Below, one piece after another: positions 20,832-31,647 of a DNA stretch of 64,000 nt. A model generated the notes under the pieces. It did not search any database. It saw nothing but the letters and a program-made list of their open reading frames with translations, and was not told the origin of the DNA. Source of the DNA: Leptolyngbyaceae cyanobacterium. GTDB taxonomy: Bacteria > Cyanobacteriota > Cyanobacteriia > Phormidesmidales > Phormidesmidaceae. Location: the NCBI GenBank assembly GCA_965263355.1, contig CBDHHL010000032.1, forward strand, positions 3,136,001-3,200,000. The letters are read 5' to 3'. A program made the position numbers and the translations under genes. Each line of letters starts with the position of its first letter. The first letter of the stretch is position 1.

Positions 20832-22643
20832 ATGCGTCAACTTCGTCAAACCTGGGATAATAGTCACTTCTACACAGACAGCAATGATCCACGCATTGCA
20901 GCTGACGTCGAGCAGCTCAACGTCAAAATAGCGGCCTTAGCAGACATCTGTGCCCCCTTTGCAGGGTACATCGATACTGCAGAAAGCCTTCTCCCTGAGG
21001 AGTTTGACCAGTATATTACCCAGATCCGAGAAGTCCATCTACAACGGACTGCGATCTCCAAACGCATGGGGAACCTCCGCATGTTTATCTCCTCAATCCT
21101 CAGCGTTAATTCCCACGATGCCAGTGCTAAGGCCTGGAAACCAACGCTACAACAGATAGGTGCTGAATTGAGCCAGGTGACAACGGCATTGGATGTATTT
21201 CTAGTGCGTGTGAGCGATGCCTTTATCGATGCCTTGGTTGCCGAGCCAGTCCTAGAAGAATTAGCATTTTTGATTCGGCATCGGCGCAAACTTAAAGACC
21301 AGTTACTCACCGTTGCCGAAGAGCAATTGGTGACTGGTTTAGCAGTCAGTGGACTCCACGGCTGGGGCAATCTTTATACTGAGCTGGCAGGCACATTAAA
21401 GTGCACGGTCGATGGCGAAACCATGGGGTTGGCCAAAGCCTTTAACTTACTCAGTTCTCCTGATCGCAACCGTCGCTCTCAGGCATGGCATGGCATTAAT
21501 GCCGCGTGGGAAACCCAAACTGAGACAGTGGCCGCCATTCTGAATGCGATCAATGGCTGGCGATTGCAAGAAACCAAACAACGGGGCAAACAACAGATTC
21601 TGCACTATCTAGATGAAAGCTGTCACCAAAGCCGGATTGATCGTCAAACTCTAGATGCCCTGATGGATGTGACCTATGAACGTCGGACCATTGGGCAGCG
21701 GGCACTCAAAGCTATGGGTACTCTGTTAGACCTAACTCCAGAACCCTGGGATTTATTTGCCCCCGCCCCCGCCGTGGATGCAGGAATTACATTTTCTTTT
21801 GCAGCGGCCATAGACTTGATTGCCAATGCCTTTCGACAACTCACCCCAGAGATGGGGGACTTTGCCATCATGATGGCAGAAAAGGGCTGGATTGATGCAC
21901 AGCCCACACCCAACCGTTCTACAGGCGCTTATTGTGGCGGTTTCTCCGAACCCCGAGAACCTCGCATTTTTATGACCTTTGAAGGCACTATGAACAATGT
22001 GCTTACCTTGGCCCATGAGCTAGGGCATGCCTGGCACTCGTGGGTGATGCGCGACATGCCCCGCTACAAGACTTTTTACTCGATGACCCTGGCAGAAACA
22101 GCCAGCATTTTTGGCGAAACACTCGTCCGCGACGCTCTGCTTACCCAAGCCAGTACGCCAGCCCAAAAGCTGGATATCGCCTGGACCGATGGCATGGCAG
22201 CGATGACGTTTCTACTCAACATTCCAGCTCGGTATACCTTTGAGCAAAAGCTAGTGGAAGCGCGCAAACAGGGCTATGTGATTGCTGACAAACTCAAGGA
22301 AATGATGCGCGACAGTTGGCAACATTGGTATGAAGATAGCCTAGCCAGTTATGACCACATGTTTTGGGCTAGCAAACTCCACTTCTCAATCTCTTCTCTC
22401 GGGTTTTACAACTATCCTTATTTGTTTGGCTATTTGTTTAGCTTGGGCATATACGCTCAAAAAGAGAACTATGGAGAAATGTTTAATGAACTCTACACCA
22501 ACCTATTGCGCGATACAGGCAGTATGACGGCAGAAGATTTAGTAATGAAACATCTACAACAGGATATTCGCCAGCCAGCGTTTTGGCATGCCAGTTTAGA
22601 CGTGGTTGAACGTTCAATCAATCAGCTAGAAGCCTTGTCATGA
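20832..22643 (+). CDS. M3 family oligoendopeptidase (PepF-like)
   Basis: HELGH zinc motif, LAETAS, FYNYPY. Confidence 0.93.
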   Translation: MRQLRQTWDNSHFYTDSNDPRIAADVEQLNVKIAALADICAPFAGYIDTAESLLPEEFDQYITQIREVHLQRTAISKRMGNLRMFISSILSVNSHDASAKAWKPTLQQIGAELSQVTTALDVFLVRVSDAFIDALVAEPVLEELAFLIRHRRKLKDQLLTVAEEQLVTGLAVSGLHGWGNLYTELAGTLKCTVDGETMGLAKAFNLLSSPDRNRRSQAWHGINAAWETQTETVAAILNAINGWRLQETKQRGKQQILHYLDESCHQSRIDRQTLDALMDVTYERRTIGQRALKAMGTLLDLTPEPWDLFAPAPAVDAGITFSFAAAIDLIANAFRQLTPEMGDFAIMMAEKGWIDAQPTPNRSTGAYCGGFSEPREPRIFMTFEGTMNNVLTLAHELGHAWHSWVMRDMPRYKTFYSMTLAETASIFGETLVRDALLTQASTPAQKLDIAWTDGMAAMTFLLNIPARYTFEQKLVEARKQGYVIADKLKEMMRDSWQHWYEDSLASYDHMFWASKLHFSISSLGFYNYPYLFGYLFSLGIYAQKENYGEMFNELYTNLLRDTGSMTAEDLVMKHLQQDIRQPAFWHASLDVVERSINQLEALS

Positions 22644-22741
22644 GAGGCATGATTTTGTCCATCTCTCCTGATTCAACGTGCCTAATGGCGCTAACCTAGT
22701 GAAGAACTGCCAATACATCGGGATAGAAGGCAACATTTACC

Positions 22742-23482
22742 ATGGTTCCCAGCACATCAATCGACTGGATTTTTTTTGATTGTTTCAACACACTGATCGA
22801 CGATTTTGATACCTCTGGCCATGAAGTCGGTCTGGCACCGATGTATCAGGTACCGGTTGCCGCCGGTCTGTACCAAACTATCGAAGACGTCCGGACCGAT
22901 TACCATCGCTGGCGGCTAGAATACATTGCTGGCAAACCCCATGAGCAAACTTTGCAGGAACGCTTCCGCAATCTGCTAGCCATCTATCGTCCAGAGACAG
23001 AGCCTACCCTGGTGGAGCAGGTGGTAACGGAAATGGAAATTCAGTTTATGGACTGCTTTCCAGCCACACTCAGGCTCCCAGCAGGTGTGGAAAGTATGCT
23101 GCAGAGTTGGCAGGGACAGGCCACGATGGGTGTCGTATCCAACTTTTTCTTAGCTGACTGGCCCGCAAAAATGCTCGAACGCCACGGTCTTAGACATTAT
23201 TTTAAGTTTGTGCTGGACAGTGCTGATTGTGGCTACCGCAAGCCTGGAGACGCCATTTATCAAGTTGCGCTAGAAGTGGCCGGAAACCCATCCCCTGAAA
23301 GAGTACTGTTTATTGGCGATCATCTAACGAATGATGCGATCGCACCCCAGCGTCTGGGAATGCAGTCGATTTACTTTGATCGCTCAGCTGAACGAACATC
23401 GTCATCAGCCGCTCCCCCTAAAATCAAGGCCATTAGGCACTGGGATCAATTCGTCCCCTGCAATAAATCACCCGAACCTTAA
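22742..23482 (+). CDS. HAD family hydrolase
   Basis: FDCFNTL, VSN, RKP, IGDHLTND. Confidence 0.88.
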   Translation: MVPSTSIDWIFFDCFNTLIDDFDTSGHEVGLAPMYQVPVAAGLYQTIEDVRTDYHRWRLEYIAGKPHEQTLQERFRNLLAIYRPETEPTLVEQVVTEMEIQFMDCFPATLRLPAGVESMLQSWQGQATMGVVSNFFLADWPAKMLERHGLRHYFKFVLDSADCGYRKPGDAIYQVALEVAGNPSPERVLFIGDHLTNDAIAPQRLGMQSIYFDRSAERTSSSAAPPKIKAIRHWDQFVPCNKSPEP

Positions 23483-23783
23483 TTGAAGAAAGGGAATTGA
23501 GTGAGTCACAAAATATACAACTAAAGTCTAAGATAAACGCCGTTATATTATCCTGGCCTGCGGGCAGGCTAATAAATTAGCCGTAGAGACATCAACCTAA
23601 AGCAACCAGACAGGTATCAGAAGGTACGGCCTGAATGCATACTTTTACCAATGTGAATTACTATTTTAATAGATAATTAATAGCAACAGTTCAGCCAAGA
23701 GCCATTTATTTATAATCCGTCGGATTTCACACCCCAATCACAGACATTATTTTATTTTTAGTAATTTTTTTAATCGATTTTCT

Positions 23784-25121
23784 ATGTCCCTCAGACTCTC
23801 CCAAGCAGCTAGTGTAATTCTGTCTGGTGTGCTCATAGCGACCTCAGGCACTGGCGTAGGTCGTCAAACAGCAAAAGCTGATGATGTATCTACCCCTATA
23901 AGCACTAACGTTAAGCAAAATAGCAACCCTAAACAGGGCGGAAAACCAGAGCAAAATAGCAAAACCCAGCCCAAAAGCACCATTCAGCCCAATAGGAAAA
24001 CTGAGCCAGACAGTAAACATAATTCTCAACAGCAGGCCCAAAAAGCAGGCCCAACGGATCAGGCCAAACCATCGTCTCCTGCAAAGTCGAAACGAAATTC
24101 CACTCGCCCCGCACCAATCGAGCCCTTTATTCAAGCAGATGCGGTTGCGTTGGGACATTGGTTAGTGACAAAAACCGTTAAAAATCTCATCGATAACCCC
24201 TCCCCTGAAGCAACCAAACCTGCCGAAGCAGCCAAGCCTGCCAAAGACACGAAGCCCGAGCCAACACCTAAACCAGCAGCGCCAGCCCCAGCGGCCAGCT
24301 CTAAGCCACAACCCACTGCCCAGACAGCTTCAGTAGCTCCCCCCAAAGTCGCCGTACAGGCCCTGCCACCAGCACCGTCTAGCAATCCAACCATTGATAC
24401 TTACACAGAAATGCGGGTTGCCCTTACGAAGCAGACTTCCAATGTCACAGTTGCCGCTTCCCAAGGGGGTGTCATCGTCAGCACGAACGGTGAACTTATC
24501 CAAAATTTATCGGCGAGTGTGGGCTATCAAGTCAGTGCCAATGACCGTGGGCTGTTCATCAATGGTCAACCGGTACCAACAGCGGTCTGGTTAGAACCCG
24601 ATAACGGCTATGTTGCGGTAGGCAATCGTTGGTATCGTGGACGGCTACTATTGCTCTGGCAAAATGGTGGCGTCATGGCCATTAATTACGTTCTTCTCCA
24701 AGAATATTTATACAGCGTGGTTGGCGCTGAAATGTCAGCAAGCTGGTCTATAGAAGCCTTAAAGGCCCAAGCCGTAGCTGCCCGATCCTATGCCATCGTC
24801 CATACCGTTCGCCATCAGCAACGTGCCTACGATTTGGATGACACCCAGCGTTATCAAGCCTATAAAGGCATAGCCACCGAAGCCAGCTCCACCCACCGAG
24901 CTGTCCAGGAAACCTCCGGTGAATTTATCAGTTATGGCGGCGGCATAGTCGAGTCTCTCTATGCTGCCAATCAAGATATTGTCGACGATGCCCACAGTGG
25001 CTATGGCATGAGCCAAACCGGAGCATTAGACTTAGCCGAGCAAGGCTATCAATACTATGAGATTCTATCCGCCTACTATCCTGACACCTCCGTTGGCCGG
25101 ATTGATATTGGCAATGAGTAG
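23784..25121 (+). CDS. SpoIID/LytB domain protein
   Basis: YLYSVVGAEM, EALKAQAVAARSY, GYGMSQTGA; low-complexity Pro/Gln/Lys N-terminus. Confidence 0.9.
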   Translation: MSLRLSQAASVILSGVLIATSGTGVGRQTAKADDVSTPISTNVKQNSNPKQGGKPEQNSKTQPKSTIQPNRKTEPDSKHNSQQQAQKAGPTDQAKPSSPAKSKRNSTRPAPIEPFIQADAVALGHWLVTKTVKNLIDNPSPEATKPAEAAKPAKDTKPEPTPKPAAPAPAASSKPQPTAQTASVAPPKVAVQALPPAPSSNPTIDTYTEMRVALTKQTSNVTVAASQGGVIVSTNGELIQNLSASVGYQVSANDRGLFINGQPVPTAVWLEPDNGYVAVGNRWYRGRLLLLWQNGGVMAINYVLLQEYLYSVVGAEMSASWSIEALKAQAVAARSYAIVHTVRHQQRAYDLDDTQRYQAYKGIATEASSTHRAVQETSGEFISYGGGIVESLYAANQDIVDDAHSGYGMSQTGALDLAEQGYQYYEILSAYYPDTSVGRIDIGNE

Positions 25122-25129
25122 TGGTTTCT

Positions 25130-25918
25130 TTAAGGCACCGAGGCAATGTTACGAGTCAAAGTACATGTGAGATTTTGGCCCTTAATAATGACACGACCGA
25201 GAACAGTATGCACAATCAGCCTATTGGTATCGGCCTGGATGATCTGTTGTAGCTCAGTCGGAACTTTAGGCAGCTGAGCTTGTTGCGAGTTACTAGCTGC
25301 CAGATCTGTATGGTATGGATACCTTTCAGCACTTACCCGATCTCGGTTATGGTGCTTACGTCTCACTGGCCGTTGTCGATAGTCCTGAGCATTACGATCA
25401 AGCCACACGACTACATCTGAGAGCGCCAATGTTTGTTCTCCCCGCCAAGTCTTAACGTAGATAGTGCCTGTATCACAGAGCATTTGCTTCACCGGATACC
25501 AACGCTGATGGCAGAACAGCAGCATATCCATCATTTGCTGTTTACGATGATTCACCCACCAAGTTTTCCAAAAGGCTGACGCTTCCTGGCAGTGAATTTG
25601 ATAGCCTGCAGGCACGCTATGGTAATCATACTTAGCAAAGGCAGCACTCGTTAATTGATCGTTTGCCAAATTTAGAGGAATAAAACTTGCCTCAAGTGCA
25701 AGCTGATGCAAAACCTGCCAATAGTCAGAACGCAAACGGAGGATTACATTAGGATTTTTAGCGGTAAAGCGTCCTTTTGCCAGTAATATTCCCTGGGTCG
25801 TTAACAGTTGAACTTCCTCTAGGGCCTTCTCTATCCGCAGGTCTCGATTGGCTAAAAGTGTATCTTCTCCTTTTAAGAATTTTTTGATTAGGGATATGTT
25901 ATCAATGGCGATCTTCAT
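25130..25918 (-). CDS. Hypothetical protein
   Basis: Long ORF filling intergenic space; FWKTWW/WYPV motifs; no family recognised. Confidence 0.7.
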   Translation of the reverse strand: MKIAIDNISLIKKFLKGEDTLLANRDLRIEKALEEVQLLTTQGILLAKGRFTAKNPNVILRLRSDYWQVLHQLALEASFIPLNLANDQLTSAAFAKYDYHSVPAGYQIHCQEASAFWKTWWVNHRKQQMMDMLLFCHQRWYPVKQMLCDTGTIYVKTWRGEQTLALSDVVVWLDRNAQDYRQRPVRRKHHNRDRVSAERYPYHTDLAASNSQQAQLPKVPTELQQIIQADTNRLIVHTVLGRVIIKGQNLTCTLTRNIASVP

Positions 25919-26163
25919 AAACAGGAGGATATAGCGGTAGACACCCAATACAACACATCTGTTGCAACCAGCCTCAGGAAACAGATTTACCTGCCAGTTC
26001 CCCCACGGAACTGACAGTTCATTGTCCGTTGATTGAATAGCTACTACATTATGCCCCTTGCTAAAAGGTTTGATCCACCTTGTGCTATAACACTCAGTAA
26101 TTACGCAAAAACACCGACAACTCGAAAGAACATATTTTCAACAACATCCGTAGATATAATGAT

Positions 26164-27231
26164 GTGATGAGATATTTTCGCCCAATTATTACCGACGCTA
26201 CTGGTCATCAGCCCAGTCCATATCTATGTCCACAGACCTCGATTATAAAACTCAATAGCAATGAAAACCCCTACCCTCCATCTCCCGAGGCTCTGGGAAT
26301 ATTAAAAATGTTGGATGGGGACTGGCTACGTCGTTACCCTGATCCCTATTCTCAAGAGTTTTGTCAAGCAGCAGCTGTTGTTTTAGGTATTCCCGCCAAT
26401 TGGATTATTGTTGGCAACGGCTGTGATGATCTGCTCAATATATTGATGAAAGCCTGTGTTGATCAAACACGCCCTGTTGTCTACCCTACTCCCACGTATG
26501 GGCTATATCACACACTGGCGGAAATCTGTGGTGCCCAAATTGTTGAAATCACCTATAACAGTCAGTACTCTCTACCACTAGACCAGATCGTAGAAGCACG
26601 GGGAGCCTTAACGCTAATCGCATCTCCTAATAGTCCATCGGGGCATCAAATTCCCTTAGCCGAGTTACAACAGCTCGCAGAAACTATCTCAGGAGTCTTG
26701 GTTATTGATGAGGCCTATGTAGATTTCGCGGAGGAATCTGCCTTAAACCTTGTACATACCTACGAGCACGTCATTGTACTACGTTCATTATCAAAAGGCT
26801 ACGGTCTGGCAGGCTTACGTTTTGGATTTGGCATCGCTCAACCACCATTATTGTCGGGTTTATTTAAGGTTAAAGATAGCTATGGTGTGGATGCGATCGC
26901 AACTCGTGTCGCCGCCGCCGCGATCGCCGATCAAGCCTATAAAAATCATCGTGTTGCTCAGATCAAAACGGATCGCCAGCAACTTATCTCAGACCTGAAA
27001 ACACTAGGGTTTCAAGTCCCCTTATCCCATGGCAATTTTGTCCTAGCCACCCATAAATCAGCCAAATGGCTACATAATAGCCTCAGAGACAACGGCATTT
27101 GGGTACGTCATTTTGACCAGCCCAATCTGGATGACAAGCTGCGCATCACAGTGGGCACACCAGCTCAGAATCAAACGCTATTAGCAACGCTGTCAGCATT
27201 GCTGACGGACAGGCCACAACCCTCACCATAA
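26164..27231 (+). CDS. hisC: Histidinol-phosphate aminotransferase
   Basis: KLNSNENPYPPSP, RRYPD, DEAYVDF, RSLSKGYGLAGLR. Confidence 0.9.
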   Translation: MMRYFRPIITDATGHQPSPYLCPQTSIIKLNSNENPYPPSPEALGILKMLDGDWLRRYPDPYSQEFCQAAAVVLGIPANWIIVGNGCDDLLNILMKACVDQTRPVVYPTPTYGLYHTLAEICGAQIVEITYNSQYSLPLDQIVEARGALTLIASPNSPSGHQIPLAELQQLAETISGVLVIDEAYVDFAEESALNLVHTYEHVIVLRSLSKGYGLAGLRFGFGIAQPPLLSGLFKVKDSYGVDAIATRVAAAAIADQAYKNHRVAQIKTDRQQLISDLKTLGFQVPLSHGNFVLATHKSAKWLHNSLRDNGIWVRHFDQPNLDDKLRITVGTPAQNQTLLATLSALLTDRPQPSP

Positions 27232-27339
27232 TAGTCTCAGAAATCATAAAGAAAATTGGAATACTCCACCTTTGGACAATGTAAAGTCCAAATATAACTA
27301 GATACATTTATAGATGAAACTAAACCCTAGAGTCGCACT

Positions 27340-27486
27340 GGGAAATTAAGTTCTTCTTTAAAGACGCCATCAGCATCTTACGTGAGGGGCCTTTCTTGTT
27401 TGGGTTAGCTCAGCAGGGCATTCCAGTGTCTCTAAATATCCTGTCAAATGGGTCTCCCTAGCATTTTGCTAAGGGGGCTTTTTTTT
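27340..27486 (+). ncRNA. Candidate small RNA A (5' end uncertain)
   Basis: Core TCTCTAAATATCCTGTCA (27429-27446) followed by hairpin CCCTAGC/GCTAAGGG and T-run. Confidence 0.45.
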
Positions 27487-27589
27487 CTAAAACCAACCTG
27501 TCTTGTGTGATTTTTGCTAGTCGGAATTCGAAAAGGGAGCCCATTACGTATAAAACTTATAGAGAGAAATCAAATACCCAACAGAATCT

Positions 27590-27745
27590 TCAATAAGGTT
27601 CTTGCTTGGCATAATAAGACTTGATTCCTTGACAAGGCAGTAGAAAAAAGCAAGAAAATCTTGTTGCAATAGAGTCAATCTTTGTTTTCACTCTCTCTAA
27701 ATATCCTGTCATTTAACTCCTTAGATTTGATCTGAGGATTTTTTT
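27590..27745 (+). ncRNA. Candidate small RNA B (5' end uncertain)
   Basis: Identical core (27694-27711) followed by hairpin TCCTTAGAT/ATCTGAGGA and T-run. Confidence 0.45.
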
Positions 27746-27760
27746 AATAGATGCTTGATC

Positions 27761-28675
27761 CTATGAACTCATACCCAAAGCAGCTTGATCACTTTCCTTT
27801 AATAGATCCATGAATGCGAACACGGGGGGTGACAGTAGGGCATCTGCCAGTGTAGCCACACAAATGATTCGGTAGAACGGTTCGGGCAAACTGTACACCT
27901 GCACTCCCACAGGGATAGGCTCAGCCGCTAGCCGAGGGCTAATAGCTGCCCCTAGACCTTTAGCTACCATGTTGACAATGGTTGCATCAGACCGAATTTG
28001 ATATGTGGGCTTAAGCTCTACACCATATTGACGACCATGGTGAATGACCATGGCATCACAGCTATCACCGTCAGGAGCCATGATTAACGGATAAGACGTT
28101 AACATCTCCCAGGTCAAGGGGTCAGGTAGCACCGCATCGGGGGGAAACAGCACCACAAACTCATCCCGCGTCAGCTCTGATGCTTCTAAATCTGGGGCGT
28201 GGGGCAAATAGGTAATACCCACATCCGCTTTGCCTTTGCGTAAATCGGATTCCACGTCAGGGCGATCATCGTATTCGGCGATGGTGATTGCGATCGCAGG
28301 GTACCGCTGACAATACTGGGCAATTACCTCTGGCAAAATATGGGTGGCCGCACTACGAAACGCTGCAATTCGCAAACGCCCCCCTTCAAATCCCTTTGCT
28401 AGATTGGCCTGCTGATAAATATCTTCAATCAGATGTAACACATGGCGAGCCCGCTCTACAATTTGCTGCCCGACCGGTGTTGGCACGGCCCCATAGCGCC
28501 CACGGGAAAATAGCACCACCCCCAGGTCTTCTTCTAACGTGGCAATGGCATAGCTCACTGCTGACTGAGACAACTGTAGTTGCAAAGCTGCCTCACTAAA
28601 GCTGCCACCATCAGCCACAGCAATCAGCACCCTCAGCTGCGAAGGTTTGAGTTGACCCAGGCGATCCTGTCCCAT
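27761..28675 (-). CDS. LysR family transcriptional regulator
   Basis: GSFSEAA..L.LSQSAVS..I..LEEDLG HTH; substrate-binding domain. Confidence 0.93.
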   Translation of the reverse strand: MGQDRLGQLKPSQLRVLIAVADGGSFSEAALQLQLSQSAVSYAIATLEEDLGVVLFSRGRYGAVPTPVGQQIVERARHVLHLIEDIYQQANLAKGFEGGRLRIAAFRSAATHILPEVIAQYCQRYPAIAITIAEYDDRPDVESDLRKGKADVGITYLPHAPDLEASELTRDEFVVLFPPDAVLPDPLTWEMLTSYPLIMAPDGDSCDAMVIHHGRQYGVELKPTYQIRSDATIVNMVAKGLGAAISPRLAAEPIPVGVQVYSLPEPFYRIICVATLADALLSPPVFAFMDLLKESDQAALGMSS

Positions 28676-28821
28676 GATGTATATGAAGATACTAGGCTCA
28701 CCCCATTGTGGCAATTTGTGAACCATTCACCCAAGGGAACCGTTGATAGCATCTATGGAATGATCTGATAAGCGGTGACGAAAAAGTGGGCCATCCACCA
28801 GGGAGGCCCCCGACAGATTCT

Positions 28822-29515
28822 CTATTTTTCTAAATTAAATAGCAGCTTTTTCTCTTCCTCAGAAAATGGCTTGGGAGCAGGATTTACGGTCTTGGCCTGG
28901 GCATAGGCTCTCTGCACAGCGGGGCGCGCAGCGATCTCATCAAACCAGCGTTTGAGATGGGGAAAATCATTCAGATCTTGCCCTTGCTTGGCATAGGGGA
29001 CAATCCAGGGATACATAGCCATATCAGCAATAGTGTAGGTTCCAGCCACATACTCGCGATCGGCCAAACGCTGATTGAGTACGCCATAGAGTCTTGCTGT
29101 TTCCTTAACATAGCGATTGATGGCATATGGCATAGGGAATTTTCTCAGGCGCGTAGCCAGAAAAATGATGGTTTTGCCCCAACATGGGACCTAGGCCCCC
29201 CATTTGCCAATAGAGCCATTGCATGACCTCATTTCTACCCCGCACGTCAGTCGGTAGAAACTGGCCTGTCTTCTCCGCCAGATATTGCAAAATCGCCCCT
29301 GATTCAAACAAACTGATGGGCTCACCACCATCGGCTGGAGACTGATCGACAATGGCGGGAATGCGATTATTGGGAGCAATCTTAAGAAACTCAGGCTGGA
29401 ACTGCTCGCCTTTACCAATATTGATGGGGTGAATTGTGTAAGGTAAATTTGCTTCTTCGAGAAAAACCGTAATCTTGTGGCCGTTTGGCGTCGTCCAATA
29501 GTAGAGGTCAATCAT
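28822..29515 (-). pseudogene. Glutathione S-transferase (YfcG-like), frameshifted
   Basis: [14 protein letters not shown]...NNRIPAI...FESGAIL continues in another frame as YAINRY; TGGCATA duplicated at 29121-29134. Confidence 0.9.
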
Positions 29516-29586
29516 GACTAAGCACCTTGTACGAAAATCTTGAACTATTCTAGCGTGGGTTTCACGATTGAGTGAAATTTGATTGG

Positions 29587-29630
29587 CTTCGATCCGTTGG
29601 CTGAGCGCAGTCGAAGCCAACGGATCGAAG
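29587..29630. repeat. REP-like palindrome
   Basis: Perfect 16-bp arms CTTCGATCCGTTGGCT / AGCCAACGGATCGAAG around GAGCGCAGTCGA. Confidence 0.75.
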
Positions 29631-29677
29631 TAACAGGATATGGCAGGATAGAACAGTTGCATTTATGAGCATCGATC

Positions 29678-29899
29678 ATGGCCCTGTCAAAGGCGGAATC
29701 TAAACAACTGCTGGAACGGATGATTTTTGAGGAGACCGCTCCCCAAGATTGGGTACAGGATGTGTGGGGCATGAGCCCAATGCACGGTGATGAAGCCGCC
29801 AAACTGCTAGATGTATTTGAGGCGTTGGTTGAGTGCTGCTCGGACGAAAAATTAGAAAATTTAGTCCAGAGTTTGGTGCGCGCTAAAGCGGAGGCGTAG
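29678..29899 (+). CDS. Small hypothetical protein
   Basis: 73 aa, DWVQDVWGMSP motif; 1 bp before next gene. Confidence 0.75.
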   Translation: MALSKAESKQLLERMIFEETAPQDWVQDVWGMSPMHGDEAAKLLDVFEALVECCSDEKLENLVQSLVRAKAEA

Positions 29900-29900
29900 T

Positions 29901-30965
29901 ATGAGCGCCTGGAATATGGACCGATTTTTTACCGTAATTGAGGAGTTAGTCCTTTGTCACTCTCCCAGCGGCGTTGAAGCGGAGGTAAATCGATATATAC
30001 AGACATGGTTAGATAATCTTAGCGTTGAGCATTGGCAAGACGACGCTGACAATATTGTGATCAAAATTCCAGGTCGTAGCCACGAGGGGGCTATTGCAGT
30101 CACAGCCCACAAAGATGAGATCGGTGCATTGGTTAAAGGCATTGAGTCTGGAGGCAGGCTCCAGGTAAGACGTTTGGGGGGAGCTTATCCCTGGGTCTAT
30201 GGTGAGGGTGTTGTAGACCTGTTAGGCGATCAGAAAACCATCTCAGGCATTCTCAGTTTTGGCTCTCGTCATGTGTCCCATGAGTCTCCTCACAAGTCTC
30301 AACAGGAGGGTAAAGCGGTTCATTGGGAAACTGCTTGGGTAGAAACTAAACTGTCGACACCAGAATTAGTCAGAGCCGGAATCCGACCTGGCACCAGAAT
30401 GGTAGTAGGCAAACATCGCAAACGCCCCTTCCGTCTAGGCGACCACATTGCTAGCTATACCTTAGATAACAAAGCCTCTGTTGCCATTTTGTTAGGTCTG
30501 GCAGAACAGGTAAAAGAACCACCAGTGGATGTTTATCTGGTAGCCTCTGCCAAGGAAGAGGTGGGTGCCATTGGAGCTTTGTATTTTAGTCAACAGCAGA
30601 AGTTGAGTCGATTGATTGCGCTAGAGATCTGTCCGCTCTCAAAAGAATATCCGATTGTGGATGGCCCTAGACCCGTTTTGTTTGCGCAGGATAGCTATGG
30701 TCTCTATGACGAAGGGCTAAACCAGGAGATTCTGGCTGCAGCATCTGCCGTTGGCATTACTCTGCAACAGGCCGTGGTGACTCAATTTGGCAGTGATGCG
30801 TCAATTGCGATGAAGTTTGGCCATGTGCCAAAAGGGGCTTGTTTGAGTTTTCCCACACAGAATACCCACGGATATGAGATTGCAGACTTGGGGGCAATTT
30901 CAAATTGCCTCACTGTCCTCACCGAATACCTCAATAACGGTGTTCAATCCCCCAGGGAAAACTGA
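29901..30965 (+). CDS. M42 family metallopeptidase
   Basis: SPSGVE, AHKDEIG, LDNK, KEEVG, NTHGYE. Confidence 0.9.
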   Translation: MSAWNMDRFFTVIEELVLCHSPSGVEAEVNRYIQTWLDNLSVEHWQDDADNIVIKIPGRSHEGAIAVTAHKDEIGALVKGIESGGRLQVRRLGGAYPWVYGEGVVDLLGDQKTISGILSFGSRHVSHESPHKSQQEGKAVHWETAWVETKLSTPELVRAGIRPGTRMVVGKHRKRPFRLGDHIASYTLDNKASVAILLGLAEQVKEPPVDVYLVASAKEEVGAIGALYFSQQQKLSRLIALEICPLSKEYPIVDGPRPVLFAQDSYGLYDEGLNQEILAAASAVGITLQQAVVTQFGSDASIAMKFGHVPKGACLSFPTQNTHGYEIADLGAISNCLTVLTEYLNNGVQSPREN

Positions 30966-30991
30966 CAAAAGCAGCTAAACAGGAGTACGCA

Positions 30992-31624
30992 ATGCAGTTA
31001 ATCGGCAATGAGAACCTGGCCAATCGCACCTGCTGGGTGTTTGACATGGATGGCACATTAACAATTGGCATCCATGATTTTGAAGCCATCCGAGAAACGT
31101 TAGAACTGCCTATCGGTTCACCAATTTTAGAATCATTACGCCAGCTGCCGCCAGACATCGCTGCTGTCAAACAAAAGCAACTCCGAGAAATAGAACTCGA
31201 CATTGCGCGTCAGGCTACTGCCCAGCCTGGTGCCCATGAATTGTTAGAGATGTTAATCCATCAGGGAAAACAAATAGCTATCCTCACCCGCAATGGCAAA
31301 GACATTGCCCATGAGACTCTAGATGCTTGCGGATTGATCGATTTTTTTGAACCTACCTTAGTCCTGAGTCGTGACTGTCATACCCCCAAGCCAGAACCAG
31401 ATGGCATTTTGGCTCTTTTAGAGGCTTGGGACGCCACACCCGCTGAGGCCGTCATGGTGGGGGATTATAAGTTTGACCTGATGGCAGGCCAACGGGCAGG
31501 GACAGCGACTGTCTACATTGATACTGTCGGAGAATTTATGTGGTCAGAGTATGCCGACTATGGGGTGCGATCGCTAAAGGCTGTAATTGATTGGCTATCT
31601 GCACCCCAGTCCACAAATGAATAG
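30992..31624 (+). CDS. HAD family hydrolase
   Basis: FDMDGTL, TRN, PKPEPDG, VGDYKFD. Confidence 0.9.
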   Translation: MQLIGNENLANRTCWVFDMDGTLTIGIHDFEAIRETLELPIGSPILESLRQLPPDIAAVKQKQLREIELDIARQATAQPGAHELLEMLIHQGKQIAILTRNGKDIAHETLDACGLIDFFEPTLVLSRDCHTPKPEPDGILALLEAWDATPAEAVMVGDYKFDLMAGQRAGTATVYIDTVGEFMWSEYADYGVRSLKAVIDWLSAPQSTNE

Positions 31625-31647
31625 TACGGCAATTGTAAGGTACAGAG

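Noticed and set aside
27429..27711. Two identical 18-mers as a CRISPR mini-array
   Set aside because: Only two copies, 265 bp apart, too short, and each is followed by a terminator
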